DNA of 64,000 nt from an uncultured Candidatus Saccharibacteria bacterium (lineage in GTDB: Bacteria > Patescibacteriota > Saccharimonadia > Saccharimonadales > UBA4665), in assembly GCA_964478195.1 (NCBI GenBank), contig CAYZGW010000002.1, positions 1,109 through 65,108 of the forward strand. The letters are read 5' to 3'. How positions within the stretch are numbered: the first letter of the stretch is position 1; every line of letters begins with the position of its first letter. The notes beneath the pieces were generated by a model, which was not told the DNA's origin, made no database searches, and worked only from the letters and a program-made list of their open reading frames with translations. A program made the position numbers and the translations under genes. This document shows positions 16,529-25,612 of the stretch, piece by piece.

Positions 16529-17749
16529 TTAGTTGCCAATGTGAGTGCTAAGGTTGGCAATCGGCCCCATAACACTTGCAGCAATCAGCCCTACGCCAGC
16601 ACCCATAAAGATAATCATAACCGGTTCGATAACTGAGGTCAGGCCATCAATAGCAACCGATACCTCTTCCTCGTAAAAATCAGCCACTTTTACTAGTACC
16701 ACGTCCGTTTTGCCAGTTTCTTCGCCCACCGCTAGCATTTGCGAAACGATGCGGGGGAAATGTGGACTAGTGGCTAGAACTTCAGAGAGCTGTTTGCCTT
16801 CTTTCACTTGCTGAGCAGCATTGGCCAGTTCCTGTTCAATCACTTTGTTGCCAATGGCACCGCCGGTTACTGCTAATGCGTCAAGCACTCCAACTCCTGC
16901 AGCCATAAGCGACGAGAAGGTGCGCGAAAACCGTGCGATAGCCACTTTGGTGATCAGAGTTTTTACCACTGGGATTTTAAGCATCAATGCGTGGAATTGA
17001 AACTTACCTTTTGGCGTTTTGATGTAACGCAGTACAAAATAGATAATGACGGCAAAAATAGGTAGCACAACCAGTGCGTAGTGCTGGCAGATATGGCTGA
17101 TTTCAAGCAACGCACGGGTGTAAATGGGCAGTTTTGCGCTGGGGCCGCCAAGCTGAGCAAAAATAGTAGCAATCTTGGGCATGACTCCCAGCATAATGCC
17201 AAAGAAGGCAATGATGGTGACACTTAAAATCACAATCGGATAGGTCATAGCGCTCTTGACCTTTTTCTTCATGCTGGCATTTTGCTCAACCTGCAGTGCT
17301 AGACGTTTCAAGATTTCGTCTAGTATTCCACCTTCTTCGCCAGCCCGGACCATATTTACAAACACTTCATCAAATACGCCTGGGAATTTGGCGAAGGCAT
17401 CAGCTAGCTGGGAGCCGCTTTCTACCTCTTTCGTAATAGTAGCCAAGACTTTACGGAAGTAAGGCGAGCTAGGGCTTTCTTGTAGCGTTGCTAAACCGCG
17501 GGCCAGCGGCACGCCAGCTGAAATCATAGTAGAGAACTGACGCACAAATATTACCAGATCAGAACTCTTAACCTTCTGGCCGAACTTTACTCCGCCGCCT
17601 AGGCCCTTTTTAGCACGAGTTTCTTTAACGACTAACGGATGTAAGCCTTGATGGGCAAGTGCGGTAATAGCTGCGGTATGATCGGCAGCTTCTATTGTGC
17701 CATGGATGCTTGAGCCGTCTGATCTGGTTGCCTTGTAGGTAAAATGCAT
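16529..17749 (-). CDS. pilC: Type IV pilus platform protein PilC (GspF/T2SSF family)
   Basis: Two T2SSF repeats (FVRQFSTMISAGVPL..., FSRTFSSLMAAGVGVLDAL...) and three TM blocks; 406 aa. Confidence 0.9.
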   Translation of the reverse strand: MHFTYKATRSDGSSIHGTIEAADHTAAITALAHQGLHPLVVKETRAKKGLGGGVKFGQKVKSSDLVIFVRQFSTMISAGVPLARGLATLQESPSSPYFRKVLATITKEVESGSQLADAFAKFPGVFDEVFVNMVRAGEEGGILDEILKRLALQVEQNASMKKKVKSAMTYPIVILSVTIIAFFGIMLGVMPKIATIFAQLGGPSAKLPIYTRALLEISHICQHYALVVLPIFAVIIYFVLRYIKTPKGKFQFHALMLKIPVVKTLITKVAIARFSRTFSSLMAAGVGVLDALAVTGGAIGNKVIEQELANAAQQVKEGKQLSEVLATSPHFPRIVSQMLAVGEETGKTDVVLVKVADFYEEEVSVAIDGLTSVIEPVMIIFMGAGVGLIAASVMGPIANLSTHIGN

Positions 17750-17763
17750 ACGTTTTTGCTCGG

Positions 17764-19578
17764 TTAACTTTCAGCGGTAACGCGCAAGATTTCTTCAATA
17801 GTAGTTAGTCCTCGGAGCGCTTTTACTAGGCCGTCGGTCTGCATGGCAATCATCCCCTCTTCCACGGCCTGCTTTTCAATATTCTCGCTTGGGGAAGTGC
17901 TGATAATAAGCTGTTGGACGCTAGTGCTGTTAGTGAGCACCTCATAAATCCCCATACGCCCGCGGTAGCCGCTGTGACCACAGTTTTCACAGCCATCATC
18001 ATGTGCTTTCCAGAGCCTGGTAATGGTTTTTTCGGTAGTTGATGGATCGGCCGCAGAAGACTTATTAACCTTGCTAGAAACTTTGGTGCCAATGTTGCCT
18101 TCTATAGCTTGCGCTTCTAATTTGTGCAGATGGCTCATCGCCTCGGTGTTTTGCAGTTTGAATGCCTTGGCGAGTCGCGTTAGCGTGGCGTTGTCCGGGG
18201 TAAACTCTTCGCGGCAATCGGGGCAGAGTTTGCGCACTAAACGTTGTCCGATCACGATGCGCACTGTGCTGGCGATCAAAAATGGCTCGATGTTCATATC
18301 AAGCAAGCGTGGTAGACAGGTAGCAGCATTGTTGGTGTGGAGCGTGCTGAACACGAGGTGGCCGGTAAGGGCTGCTTGTACGGCTAGGTCGGCTGTTTCG
18401 CCATCACGTATCTCGCCTACCATGATAATGTTAGGATCTTGACGAAGGAGTGCACGGAGACCGCTGGTAAAAGTCATGCCTGCTGTAGGGTTTACCTGTG
18501 TTTGGTTAGCACCGACTACCCGGTATTCTACTGGGTCTTCTACGGTGCTAATGTTGACGCCGGGGCTGTTTAGCATACTAAGTACGCTAAACAAACTGGT
18601 TGACTTCCCTGACCCGGTCGGTCCGGTAACCAGAACCATACCGTGCGGCTGAACGATAGCATGTTGTACGGCGGTAAGGGAGTTGCCCCAGTAGCCGAGC
18701 TCTTCAAGTGTTGCCGCTTTGCTAGACTCATCAAGGATACGCATCACCACTTTTTCGCCGTCCACAATCGGTAGCGTCGATACGCGTAATGCATAAATGT
18801 GGCCGTTAACCGATATCTTAAAGCGGCCATCTTGCGGCGCACGGTGTTCATCGATCTTGAGGTTAGCCAGGATCTTTATGCGGGAAATTAACGAGCTTAA
18901 TACCTTGCGCGGCAGTTTGTTAGCTTCACGCAAAATACCGTCGACGCGGTAACGCACTAGCACAAAGTTTTCTCTGGGCTCGATATGAACGTCGCTGGCC
19001 CCTGCCTTCACACCGTAGTCGATAATCAAGTTGACAGTCTGGGCGATGGGCGAGTCTTCGGCTACATCTTCCTCGTCAACCACTTCGTCTTCTAGCTCTT
19101 TGTCTTCGATAGCCATTACTCTGGCAAGCTCAGTGCCGACATTAGTGTCATCGTATAGATCGAGTGCGGCCTGAATATTGCTTTCAGTTGCAATATGAAC
19201 GCGTAGTGGTTGTCCGAGCTGTTTCTGCAAGAAACTGATGGCTGGGACGTCGTCGGGGTCTTCCATGGCCACATACACCACGCCGTCTTCATCAACGTCA
19301 AATGCTACTGTGTCATATTGTTTAGCGATACGCTCGGGTATCAGTTTTAAGATGTCTTTATGTAGTTCTTTGGGATCGATTTCCACAAACGGTACATCGA
19401 TTTCCTCGGCGTAGAGCTTAGTTAGCTCCTTTTCGCTCAAAGTGTTGGTGTTGACAACAATGTCCTGGAGCGCTTTTTTCTCGTTATTTTCCTGCTCGCG
19501 GAGCGCTTTTAGTTTGTCCTCGGTAAGTTTACCGGTTGCAATCAGCAACTTCTCCACTAAATCATCTGATATGCGCAT
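17764..19578 (-). CDS. pilB: Type IV pilus assembly ATPase PilB (GspE family)
   Basis: N-terminal T2SSE_N region, Walker A GPTGSGKST, Walker B IIMVGEIRD, His box GHLVFSTLHTN, tetracysteine CPDC...CENC. Confidence 0.9.
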   Translation of the reverse strand: MRISDDLVEKLLIATGKLTEDKLKALREQENNEKKALQDIVVNTNTLSEKELTKLYAEEIDVPFVEIDPKELHKDILKLIPERIAKQYDTVAFDVDEDGVVYVAMEDPDDVPAISFLQKQLGQPLRVHIATESNIQAALDLYDDTNVGTELARVMAIEDKELEDEVVDEEDVAEDSPIAQTVNLIIDYGVKAGASDVHIEPRENFVLVRYRVDGILREANKLPRKVLSSLISRIKILANLKIDEHRAPQDGRFKISVNGHIYALRVSTLPIVDGEKVVMRILDESSKAATLEELGYWGNSLTAVQHAIVQPHGMVLVTGPTGSGKSTSLFSVLSMLNSPGVNISTVEDPVEYRVVGANQTQVNPTAGMTFTSGLRALLRQDPNIIMVGEIRDGETADLAVQAALTGHLVFSTLHTNNAATCLPRLLDMNIEPFLIASTVRIVIGQRLVRKLCPDCREEFTPDNATLTRLAKAFKLQNTEAMSHLHKLEAQAIEGNIGTKVSSKVNKSSAADPSTTEKTITRLWKAHDDGCENCGHSGYRGRMGIYEVLTNSTSVQQLIISTSPSENIEKQAVEEGMIAMQTDGLVKALRGLTTIEEILRVTAES

Positions 19579-19637
19579 AATTACTTGCCATTATATACAA
19601 AAACCACAAGCAGCATAACCTCAATATGCTGTTGTAA

Positions 19638-19661
19638 TTTTGGGAGGTCTGTCCTCCTAAA
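19638..19661. repeat. REP-like palindrome, left copy
   Basis: TTTTGGGAGG tctgt CCTCCTAAA, a 9-position stem with one G-T pair. Confidence 0.6.
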
Positions 19662-19689
19662 GAATATAAATGTGGCGTAGTATAGAGAT

Positions 19690-20307
19690 ATGCCGCGGAG
19701 GAATGTTATAAAGCAAGATGTAGCCGATAGTTTTCAGCATGTCTATGCCCGGGGTCATAGCCGCCATAGAATCTTTGGTGATGAGCAAGATTACATTACG
19801 TTCCTGACGCTGCTGCAGCGTTATTTATCTGCCGAAGAAGTGCGTGATGCATACGGTGTTCCTTATCCTAATTTCTATAACAAGGTTGAACTACTGACCT
19901 TTGTGCTAATGCCAAATCACTTTCACTTGTTAATTTACCAGCATCAGCCCGGGGCTATGGCACAGCTTATGAAAAGCCTGCTCACAAGCTATAGCCGTTA
20001 CTTTAATAAGAAATATAAGCGTAGTGGCTCGCTGTTTGAATCGCGCTATAAGGCTTCTATGGTCAGCGACGATTCATATCTGGAGCATATTTCCCGGTAT
20101 ATTCACTTGAACCCGCGACAGTGGCGTGAGTATGAGTACTCCAGCCTGCCGTATTATTTGCAACGCGATGAAGTGTCGTGGCTACGCCCAAAACGTATTC
20201 TAAATTTATTTGAGAGCCCAGAGGAATATTTGGAATTTGTTTCGGATTATGTTGAACAAAAGAAGATGATGGACATTCTAAAGCAAGAGTTGGCTAACGA
20301 TTTATAA
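19690..20307 (+). CDS. REP-associated tyrosine transposase (IS200-like Y1 HUH transposase family)
   Basis: HVYARGHSR..., HUH motif LMPNHFHLLI, SGSLFESRYKA, catalytic Tyr region ISRYIHLNPRQ; 205 aa. Confidence 0.8.
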   Translation: MPRRNVIKQDVADSFQHVYARGHSRHRIFGDEQDYITFLTLLQRYLSAEEVRDAYGVPYPNFYNKVELLTFVLMPNHFHLLIYQHQPGAMAQLMKSLLTSYSRYFNKKYKRSGSLFESRYKASMVSDDSYLEHISRYIHLNPRQWREYEYSSLPYYLQRDEVSWLRPKRILNLFESPEEYLEFVSDYVEQKKMMDILKQELANDL

Positions 20308-20318
20308 GTAAGATATCG

Positions 20319-20341
20319 TTTGGGAGGTCTGTCCTCCCAAA
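20319..20341. repeat. REP-like palindrome, right copy
   Basis: TTTGGGAGG tctgt CCTCCCAAA, a perfect 9-bp stem. Confidence 0.6.
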
Positions 20342-20448
20342 ATAGATTGTACGTTGCTTTTGAGGGGCGGGCCGCGTATACCTGTAAATACAATATTATT
20401 TGATGCAGGTAGCAATCTTTAGCTGCCGTAGACGAAAGGACGAAGGAT

Positions 20449-21480
20449 ATGGCAAAGGCAACAACACCCAAGACTGAACCGACAAACATGGCTGAGGGCG
20501 AAGGCAAGAGTAAGGCGTTGGGCTTGGCACTCGAGACAATCGAGAAACAATTTGGTAAGGGCTCGATTATGAAGCTGGGCGAAGCTCATGCAGTCGATGT
20601 TGAAACGACACCAACAGGTAGTCTAAGTCTCGACCTAGCGCTTGGCGGTGGTATTCCGAAAGGACGTATTATAGAAATTTATGGCCCGGAAAGTTCCGGT
20701 AAGACTACGCTGACTTTACATGCGATTGCTGAGATACAAAAGGCGGGTGGTACGGCGGCATTTATCGATGCGGAGCATGCCCTTGACCCGGCATATGCCA
20801 AGCGTATCGGCGTAGATGTTGAAAATTTGCTATTGTCTCAGCCGGACAACGGCGAACAGGCTCTAGAAATTACTGAGACACTGGTTCGCAGCAGCGCAGT
20901 CGACATAATTGTGGTTGACTCGGTAGCTGCACTGGTGCCCCGCGCAGAAATAGAGGGCGATATGGGTGACCCACAAATGGGTCTGCAAGCCCGCTTGATG
21001 AGTCAGGCGCTTCGTAAGCTTACTGGCGTAATCAGCCGCAGTAAGACCACGGTTATCTTTATTAACCAGATCCGTATGAAGATTGGTGTCATGTTTGGTA
21101 ATCCCGAGACCACTACCGGCGGTAACGCGCTGAAGTTTTATGCCTCGGTGCGCATGGATATTCGCCGCATTTCGCAAATAAAGGCTGGCGACGCGGTAAT
21201 TGGCAACCGTGCCAAAGTTAAGGTGGTAAAAAACAAGATTGCGCCGCCGTTCCGTGAAGCAGAGTTCGACATTATGTATAACCAAGGCATTAGTACTGCC
21301 GGCGATATCCTGGACCTGGCGGTTAAGTACAACATTGTTGAAAAGGCTGGCGCCTGGTTTGCTTACGGGGGTGAAAAAATCGGCCAAGGTCGTGAAGCAG
21401 CTAAAACCTATCTGCAAGAGAACCCTGGAATTCAGGAAGAGGTAGCAGTAAAAGTCCGAGAGGCAGCAGGCAAGGAGTAG
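20449..21480 (+). CDS. recA: Recombinase RecA
   Basis: [23 protein letters not shown], Walker [21 protein letters not shown]2 loop [19 protein letters not shown]. Confidence 0.97.
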   Translation: MAKATTPKTEPTNMAEGEGKSKALGLALETIEKQFGKGSIMKLGEAHAVDVETTPTGSLSLDLALGGGIPKGRIIEIYGPESSGKTTLTLHAIAEIQKAGGTAAFIDAEHALDPAYAKRIGVDVENLLLSQPDNGEQALEITETLVRSSAVDIIVVDSVAALVPRAEIEGDMGDPQMGLQARLMSQALRKLTGVISRSKTTVIFINQIRMKIGVMFGNPETTTGGNALKFYASVRMDIRRISQIKAGDAVIGNRAKVKVVKNKIAPPFREAEFDIMYNQGISTAGDILDLAVKYNIVEKAGAWFAYGGEKIGQGREAAKTYLQENPGIQEEVAVKVREAAGKE

Positions 21481-21483
21481 GCT

Positions 21484-21807
21484 ATGGCAGAGGACCGCGA
21501 CCCACAAGACAGATCGCTTGCCGGCTACCAGGCGTATGTGCGGCAAGTGACTCAACAGCGTGGCTTCGACCAGGAAACCGTTAGTCAGAAATTCATGCTT
21601 CTGCTAGAGGAGTCAGGTGAATTTGCAAAGGCGGCTCGCAAACGAGCAAATTTGGCACAAGCAACCGATGCGGCAATTGAAGATTGTAGTGATGCTGCAG
21701 CCGATGTGTTGGCAGTACTGCTGGATATCTGTAATCAGCTAGATATTAATCTAGAACAGGCATTTGTAAATCGCGAGCATAAGAACCAAACCCGGACATG
21801 GGAGTAA
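21484..21807 (+). CDS. MazG-like nucleotide pyrophosphohydrolase domain protein
   Basis: LLEESGEFAKAARK ... AAADVLAVLLDI is the EExxE...D helical pattern of small MazG-type NTP-PPases. It starts 4 nt after the recA stop. Confidence 0.6.
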   Translation: MAEDRDPQDRSLAGYQAYVRQVTQQRGFDQETVSQKFMLLLEESGEFAKAARKRANLAQATDAAIEDCSDAAADVLAVLLDICNQLDINLEQAFVNREHKNQTRTWE

Positions 21808-21941
21808 AAGGGCTATGGCCTGCATGATGATTTCATGTTTCTTTGACGAGACAAATGTGGAATCGTTAGAAACTACGAATGCTATGAAGGGCTGTTTTAG
21901 GCAAGCTTTGATTGCGGTAGGGCAGTTTTAGGGCGGGTAGT

Positions 21942-22544
21942 GTGATCATTACAGCCATCAAACAGCAGGAGCGACTCAAGGGACGCTACTCGATCTATGT
22001 TGACGGGAAGTATGCTTTTAGCTTGAGTGCCGATGTGCTGCTAGAGGAAAAGATTGTTATCGGCGTGCAGGTAGACGAACGTCAGCTGAAAGCATATCAG
22101 AAACTTTCAGCTGACGACAAAGCTTACGGACTGACGCTTGCTTATGCTGTCCGTCGGATGCGAAGCGAGTGGGAGTTGACAGAATATTTCCAAAGAAAAG
22201 GTTATGACGAAACATTGTCTCAAATGCTCTTAGAACGTCTAAGTAGACTTGGCTTAGTTGACGATGTCAGGTTCGCTGAGGCTTGGGTGCGTAATCGTCG
22301 GCAATTAAAATCGGTAAGCAAGCGACGCTTGCTACAGGAGCTTCGCCAAAAACACGTTGCCCCTGAAGTAATCGAGCAGACTCTCGACGATGACGAAGCG
22401 GATGAAGGCGCAGTCCTGAAAGAATTAGTGGCCCGCAAGCGCAAACAAGCACGATATCAAGATAATCTAAAGCTGATGCAATACCTGGCGCGTCAAGGGT
22501 TCGGCTACGATGATATTAAAAGTGCGCTAGCAAATGAGTCCTAA
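21942..22544 (+). CDS. recX: Regulatory protein RecX
   Basis: GTG start. RYSIYVDGKYAFSL N-terminus, three-helix repeat pattern (..AEAWVRNR.., LRQKHV.., LARQGFGYDDI), and recA-proximal location. Confidence 0.8.
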   Translation: MIITAIKQQERLKGRYSIYVDGKYAFSLSADVLLEEKIVIGVQVDERQLKAYQKLSADDKAYGLTLAYAVRRMRSEWELTEYFQRKGYDETLSQMLLERLSRLGLVDDVRFAEAWVRNRRQLKSVSKRRLLQELRQKHVAPEVIEQTLDDDEADEGAVLKELVARKRKQARYQDNLKLMQYLARQGFGYDDIKSALANES

Positions 22545-22581
22545 CGCATAATATACGTCTGCGAGGTGTTACTCTTGGGTG

Positions 22582-23112
22582 TCAAATAGCCATTCCTGCA
22601 GTGGCTGTGGTCCCCTTTAGCAACTCGTTTATAATTATCTTCCTATCAGTAATCTCGTTAATTTGATTACGGTCAATACCTAAATTGCCACCTGTGAGGT
22701 TTTTGAACATGCTCTGCGCCACGTAAATCTTCTGAATGTACATAGTTTCTACCTCGGTAGCGTAGTCGCTAACTTTCCCTAGCCGCTCTTTAGCAACGGT
22801 TACAACCGGTTTGCTAATTAATTTGAAGTTTATGTCCATGACATTTTTTAGACGCACCAGCTCTTCCGGAGGTGTCAATGCATCGTGGTCGTTTACTACA
22901 AATCCTTGGGCGACCACATCACGAATGTCCTGGTAGAGCAGCACAAGCTCACCCTTATTAAAACGGTCACTACAATAAAAACCTTCAATCTTCAGGTTGT
23001 TGGGATTGATAATGGGCTCCAAAATGGTACCAACTTGCTGGCCAGTGCGGAGACTCATTACAGGCCTGTTCAACAGACTACCGCTAAGTTGCAACATGCT
23101 TATAGTATACAA
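22582..23112 (-). CDS. PRC-barrel domain protein (two barrels)
   Basis: LLNRPVMSLRTGQQVGTILEPIINPNNLKIEGFY and KPVVTVAKERLGKVSDYATEV resemble PRC-barrel repeats. The start may be the internal MLQLSG (23097). Confidence 0.5.
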   Translation of the reverse strand: MYTISMLQLSGSLLNRPVMSLRTGQQVGTILEPIINPNNLKIEGFYCSDRFNKGELVLLYQDIRDVVAQGFVVNDHDALTPPEELVRLKNVMDINFKLISKPVVTVAKERLGKVSDYATEVETMYIQKIYVAQSMFKNLTGGNLGIDRNQINEITDRKIIINELLKGTTATAGMAI

Positions 23113-23231
23113 CCTCTAGTCATCGACATGTAGTTTGTTGTAAAAACTAAGGTAATAAAGTGCTCAAGCTTGCAAGGCGGATGAGCCTTCAGTAAACTCG
23201 CAGGTACATTCACATCTAAGCGAGGGTAACT

Positions 23232-24674
23232 ATGAGATTCCGCAATTTTTTCCTGCGGGTGGGACTCAGTGTATTACTAATCGGCTGCGCTACAGGTGCA
23301 ACGAATAAAGCTTTTGCGACGACACCCCCTGTACTTGTGCCGCCTGCTGGACTCGGCATAACTAAAATAAAGATGACGGGTGATGAGTTTATAACACTAC
23401 AAAATAACAGTAGTACGACTATCTCTGACCTCAGTAAATATTGGCTGTATGCGTTTAGTAAGACGAATCCGCTAGCAGTCGGTGCCACTAGTAGTGCTCA
23501 GCAGTTGCCTGCGGCTGCGTTGCCAGTCGGTGCCTCGCTGCTTTTAAGTGGCGGTGGTTCGACTTGCGGTGCAACGGTGACGACAAAATTATCACTGAGC
23601 TTAGGCGATAGCACAGGCGCGCTGCAGTTGCTAGGGAGTACTCCGGAGGGGCTGATTGTGCCAACGCCAATTGACGCAGTATCATGGAGTTCAGGCGCCG
23701 ATGGGGATATTGCCAATGTTCCTAAGAGTACTGTCGATAAACAAGCGGCCTACTATCGAATACAGGCGTCGGCAGGGTCACACAGCTGGCAGTTGGCCGA
23801 CGTGGCGGTAGATGCTGCTACTGGCGTTGCTAATCTTTGCCAGCTAAACGTTGGTACTGCAGGCCCCGTGCAACCTGTTTCAGATGGCGGCTTAATGCCA
23901 TCTGTCGAACCGACCGCAGTCATTATTGGCTTGGCAGATAGCTCAGTAGCACCTTCAGCAGGTGCAGTCTTACCGGTTGCAGATGTGGGGCTGGCGGCGC
24001 CACAGCTTACCGAGGTACTACCTAACCCGGTTGGTACTGGCACTGATGCATCAGACGAATTTATTGAGCTTTACAATGGCAACGCTACTACCTTTGACCT
24101 GAGCGGATTCACCTTGCAGACCGGTACTGCAATTAAGCATAGTTACGTATTCCCTGCAGGCACTATGCTGCCGGCCAAGGGCTTCGTGGCATTTTATTCT
24201 GCCAAGACGGGTCTAACACTTAGCAATAGTGGCGGTCAGACTGATCTGCTTGATCCGTTTGGCACTAGTCTGTCACATACGGATACATATGGCACTGCTA
24301 AGGATGGGCAAGCGTGGGCGCTGGCGAATGGTGTGTGGCGCTGGACAATTGAGGCTACCCCTGGAGCAACGAATGTCATTAAACAGCCGAGTAGTACTAG
24401 TGCGGTTAATAAAACATCTGGGAGGACTAGTAAGAGCACTACGGGAGTGAAAGGAGCGGCAACTACCAGCAGTATGAATACCGGCTCGGCCGTAGCCACA
24501 ACTCCTAGCACTACAACTGCGCCAATCCATCCCCTAGTGCTTGCCGCCGTTGCCGTACTCGCGGTAGGATATGGAATATATGAATACAGGCACGACTTGG
24601 CAAACCGAATCCATCAGTTCCGCGCAAACCGAGCAGCTCGCCGAAGCCCTCGGCCACAACCTGCGCGGCGGTGA
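23232..24674 (+). CDS. Secreted, C-terminally membrane-anchored lamin-tail-domain (LTD) protein
   Basis: Signal peptide MRFRNFFLRVGLSVLLIGCATG. LTD signature LTEVLPNPVGTGTDASDEFIELYNGNATTFDLSGFTL plus a weaker N-terminal copy (ITKIKMTGDEFITLQN). S/T-rich linker, a TM helix and a basic tail. Confidence 0.65.
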   Translation: MRFRNFFLRVGLSVLLIGCATGATNKAFATTPPVLVPPAGLGITKIKMTGDEFITLQNNSSTTISDLSKYWLYAFSKTNPLAVGATSSAQQLPAAALPVGASLLLSGGGSTCGATVTTKLSLSLGDSTGALQLLGSTPEGLIVPTPIDAVSWSSGADGDIANVPKSTVDKQAAYYRIQASAGSHSWQLADVAVDAATGVANLCQLNVGTAGPVQPVSDGGLMPSVEPTAVIIGLADSSVAPSAGAVLPVADVGLAAPQLTEVLPNPVGTGTDASDEFIELYNGNATTFDLSGFTLQTGTAIKHSYVFPAGTMLPAKGFVAFYSAKTGLTLSNSGGQTDLLDPFGTSLSHTDTYGTAKDGQAWALANGVWRWTIEATPGATNVIKQPSSTSAVNKTSGRTSKSTTGVKGAATTSSMNTGSAVATTPSTTTAPIHPLVLAAVAVLAVGYGIYEYRHDLANRIHQFRANRAARRSPRPQPARR

Positions 24675-25050
24675 GACGATTGAGCTGGTGAGCGATTTGG
24701 GCGGCGGTAAGACTACTTTTACCCGTGGACTGACACGTGGGGCGGGTAGCACGGATAGAGTAGGTAGCCCTACATTTACGCTCAGCCGAGAGTATAAAGC
24801 GCCTAAGTTTACCATTGCGCACTTTGATTTCTATCGTCTGGGCGAGGCGGGCATCATGGGTGACGAACTAGAAGAGCTCCTCGGTGACCCGGCATACGTA
24901 GCGGTAATAGAGTGGGGCGATATTGTGCATGATGTATTGCCCAAAATGAGGCTTACAGTGCAGATTGAGCAGACTGGCGACGACACCCGCTTGATCACCA
25001 TGGTGTACCCAGAGCAGCTCACTTATCTAGTGAAAGGGGTTAAACGATGA
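24571..25050 (+). CDS. tsaE: tRNA t6A37 biosynthesis ATPase TsaE
   Basis: LVSDLGGGKTTFTRGL (P-loop), SPTFTL, HFDFYRL, EWGD. The start (24571 or 24580) overlaps the preceding ORF by about 95-104 nt. Confidence 0.85.
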   Translation: MEYMNTGTTWQTESISSAQTEQLAEALGHNLRGGETIELVSDLGGGKTTFTRGLTRGAGSTDRVGSPTFTLSREYKAPKFTIAHFDFYRLGEAGIMGDELEELLGDPAYVAVIEWGDIVHDVLPKMRLTVQIEQTGDDTRLITMVYPEQLTYLVKGVKR

Positions 25051-25439
25051 TTATCCTAACGATTCGTACCGATAAACCCGAAGCCGAAATTGGTCTGTAC
25101 GACGGTGAAAAACAGCTGGCGTACGAAATATGGCAGGCTCACCGCGAACTGGCCGAGACATTACATCGCAAGATCGAAACACTGTTAACATCCCAAGAAA
25201 AAAGCTGGCCTGATATACAGGGAATCGTCTGTTTCCAGGGACCGGGAAGTTTTACAGGACTTCGTATCGGGTTAACAGTGGGTAACGCGCTAAGCAATAG
25301 CTACCATTTGCCAATTGTCGCCGAGCAGAATCCGGAGTGGTTAGAACACGGAATTAAACGACTCTTAAGCGGCAAAACCGACGAGCTCGCACTGCCATTT
25401 TATGGTGCAGACGCTCACATTACGCTACCTAAGAAGTAA
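25047..25439 (+). CDS. tsaB: TsaB-like protein, N-terminal domain only (t6A pathway)
   Basis: GPGSFTGLRIGLTVGNALS signature. At 130 aa it is about half of canonical TsaB. 4-nt overlap with tsaE. Confidence 0.75.
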   Translation: MIILTIRTDKPEAEIGLYDGEKQLAYEIWQAHRELAETLHRKIETLLTSQEKSWPDIQGIVCFQGPGSFTGLRIGLTVGNALSNSYHLPIVAEQNPEWLEHGIKRLLSGKTDELALPFYGADAHITLPKK

Positions 25440-25612
25440 TTGTTTGTTTGACGACATTACACGCAACAGCGTATATTTAAAACAGGAATTGTTGTTTTGG
25501 GACAAATCCAACCGGTACGATTTTTATTTGATATCCAGATTCTGCACATAAGGACTAGAGAAGTGATAGCGACGTCCTAGGGCTGTGATCTGTTAGCACA
25601 GAAAGGAAAAAT

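Larger units (their letters stand above)
19638..20342 (+). mobile_element. RAYT-type unit: IS200/IS605-like Y1 transposase gene bracketed by two copies of a REP-like hairpin
   Basis: The identical core TTTGGGAGGTCTGTCCTCC occurs at 19639-19657 and 20319-20337, flanking the transposase ORF on both sides. Confidence 0.6.

Noticed and set aside
20863-21555. 230-aa minus-strand ORF
   Set aside because: It is entirely antisense to recA, whose identity is unambiguous. No independent signals support it.
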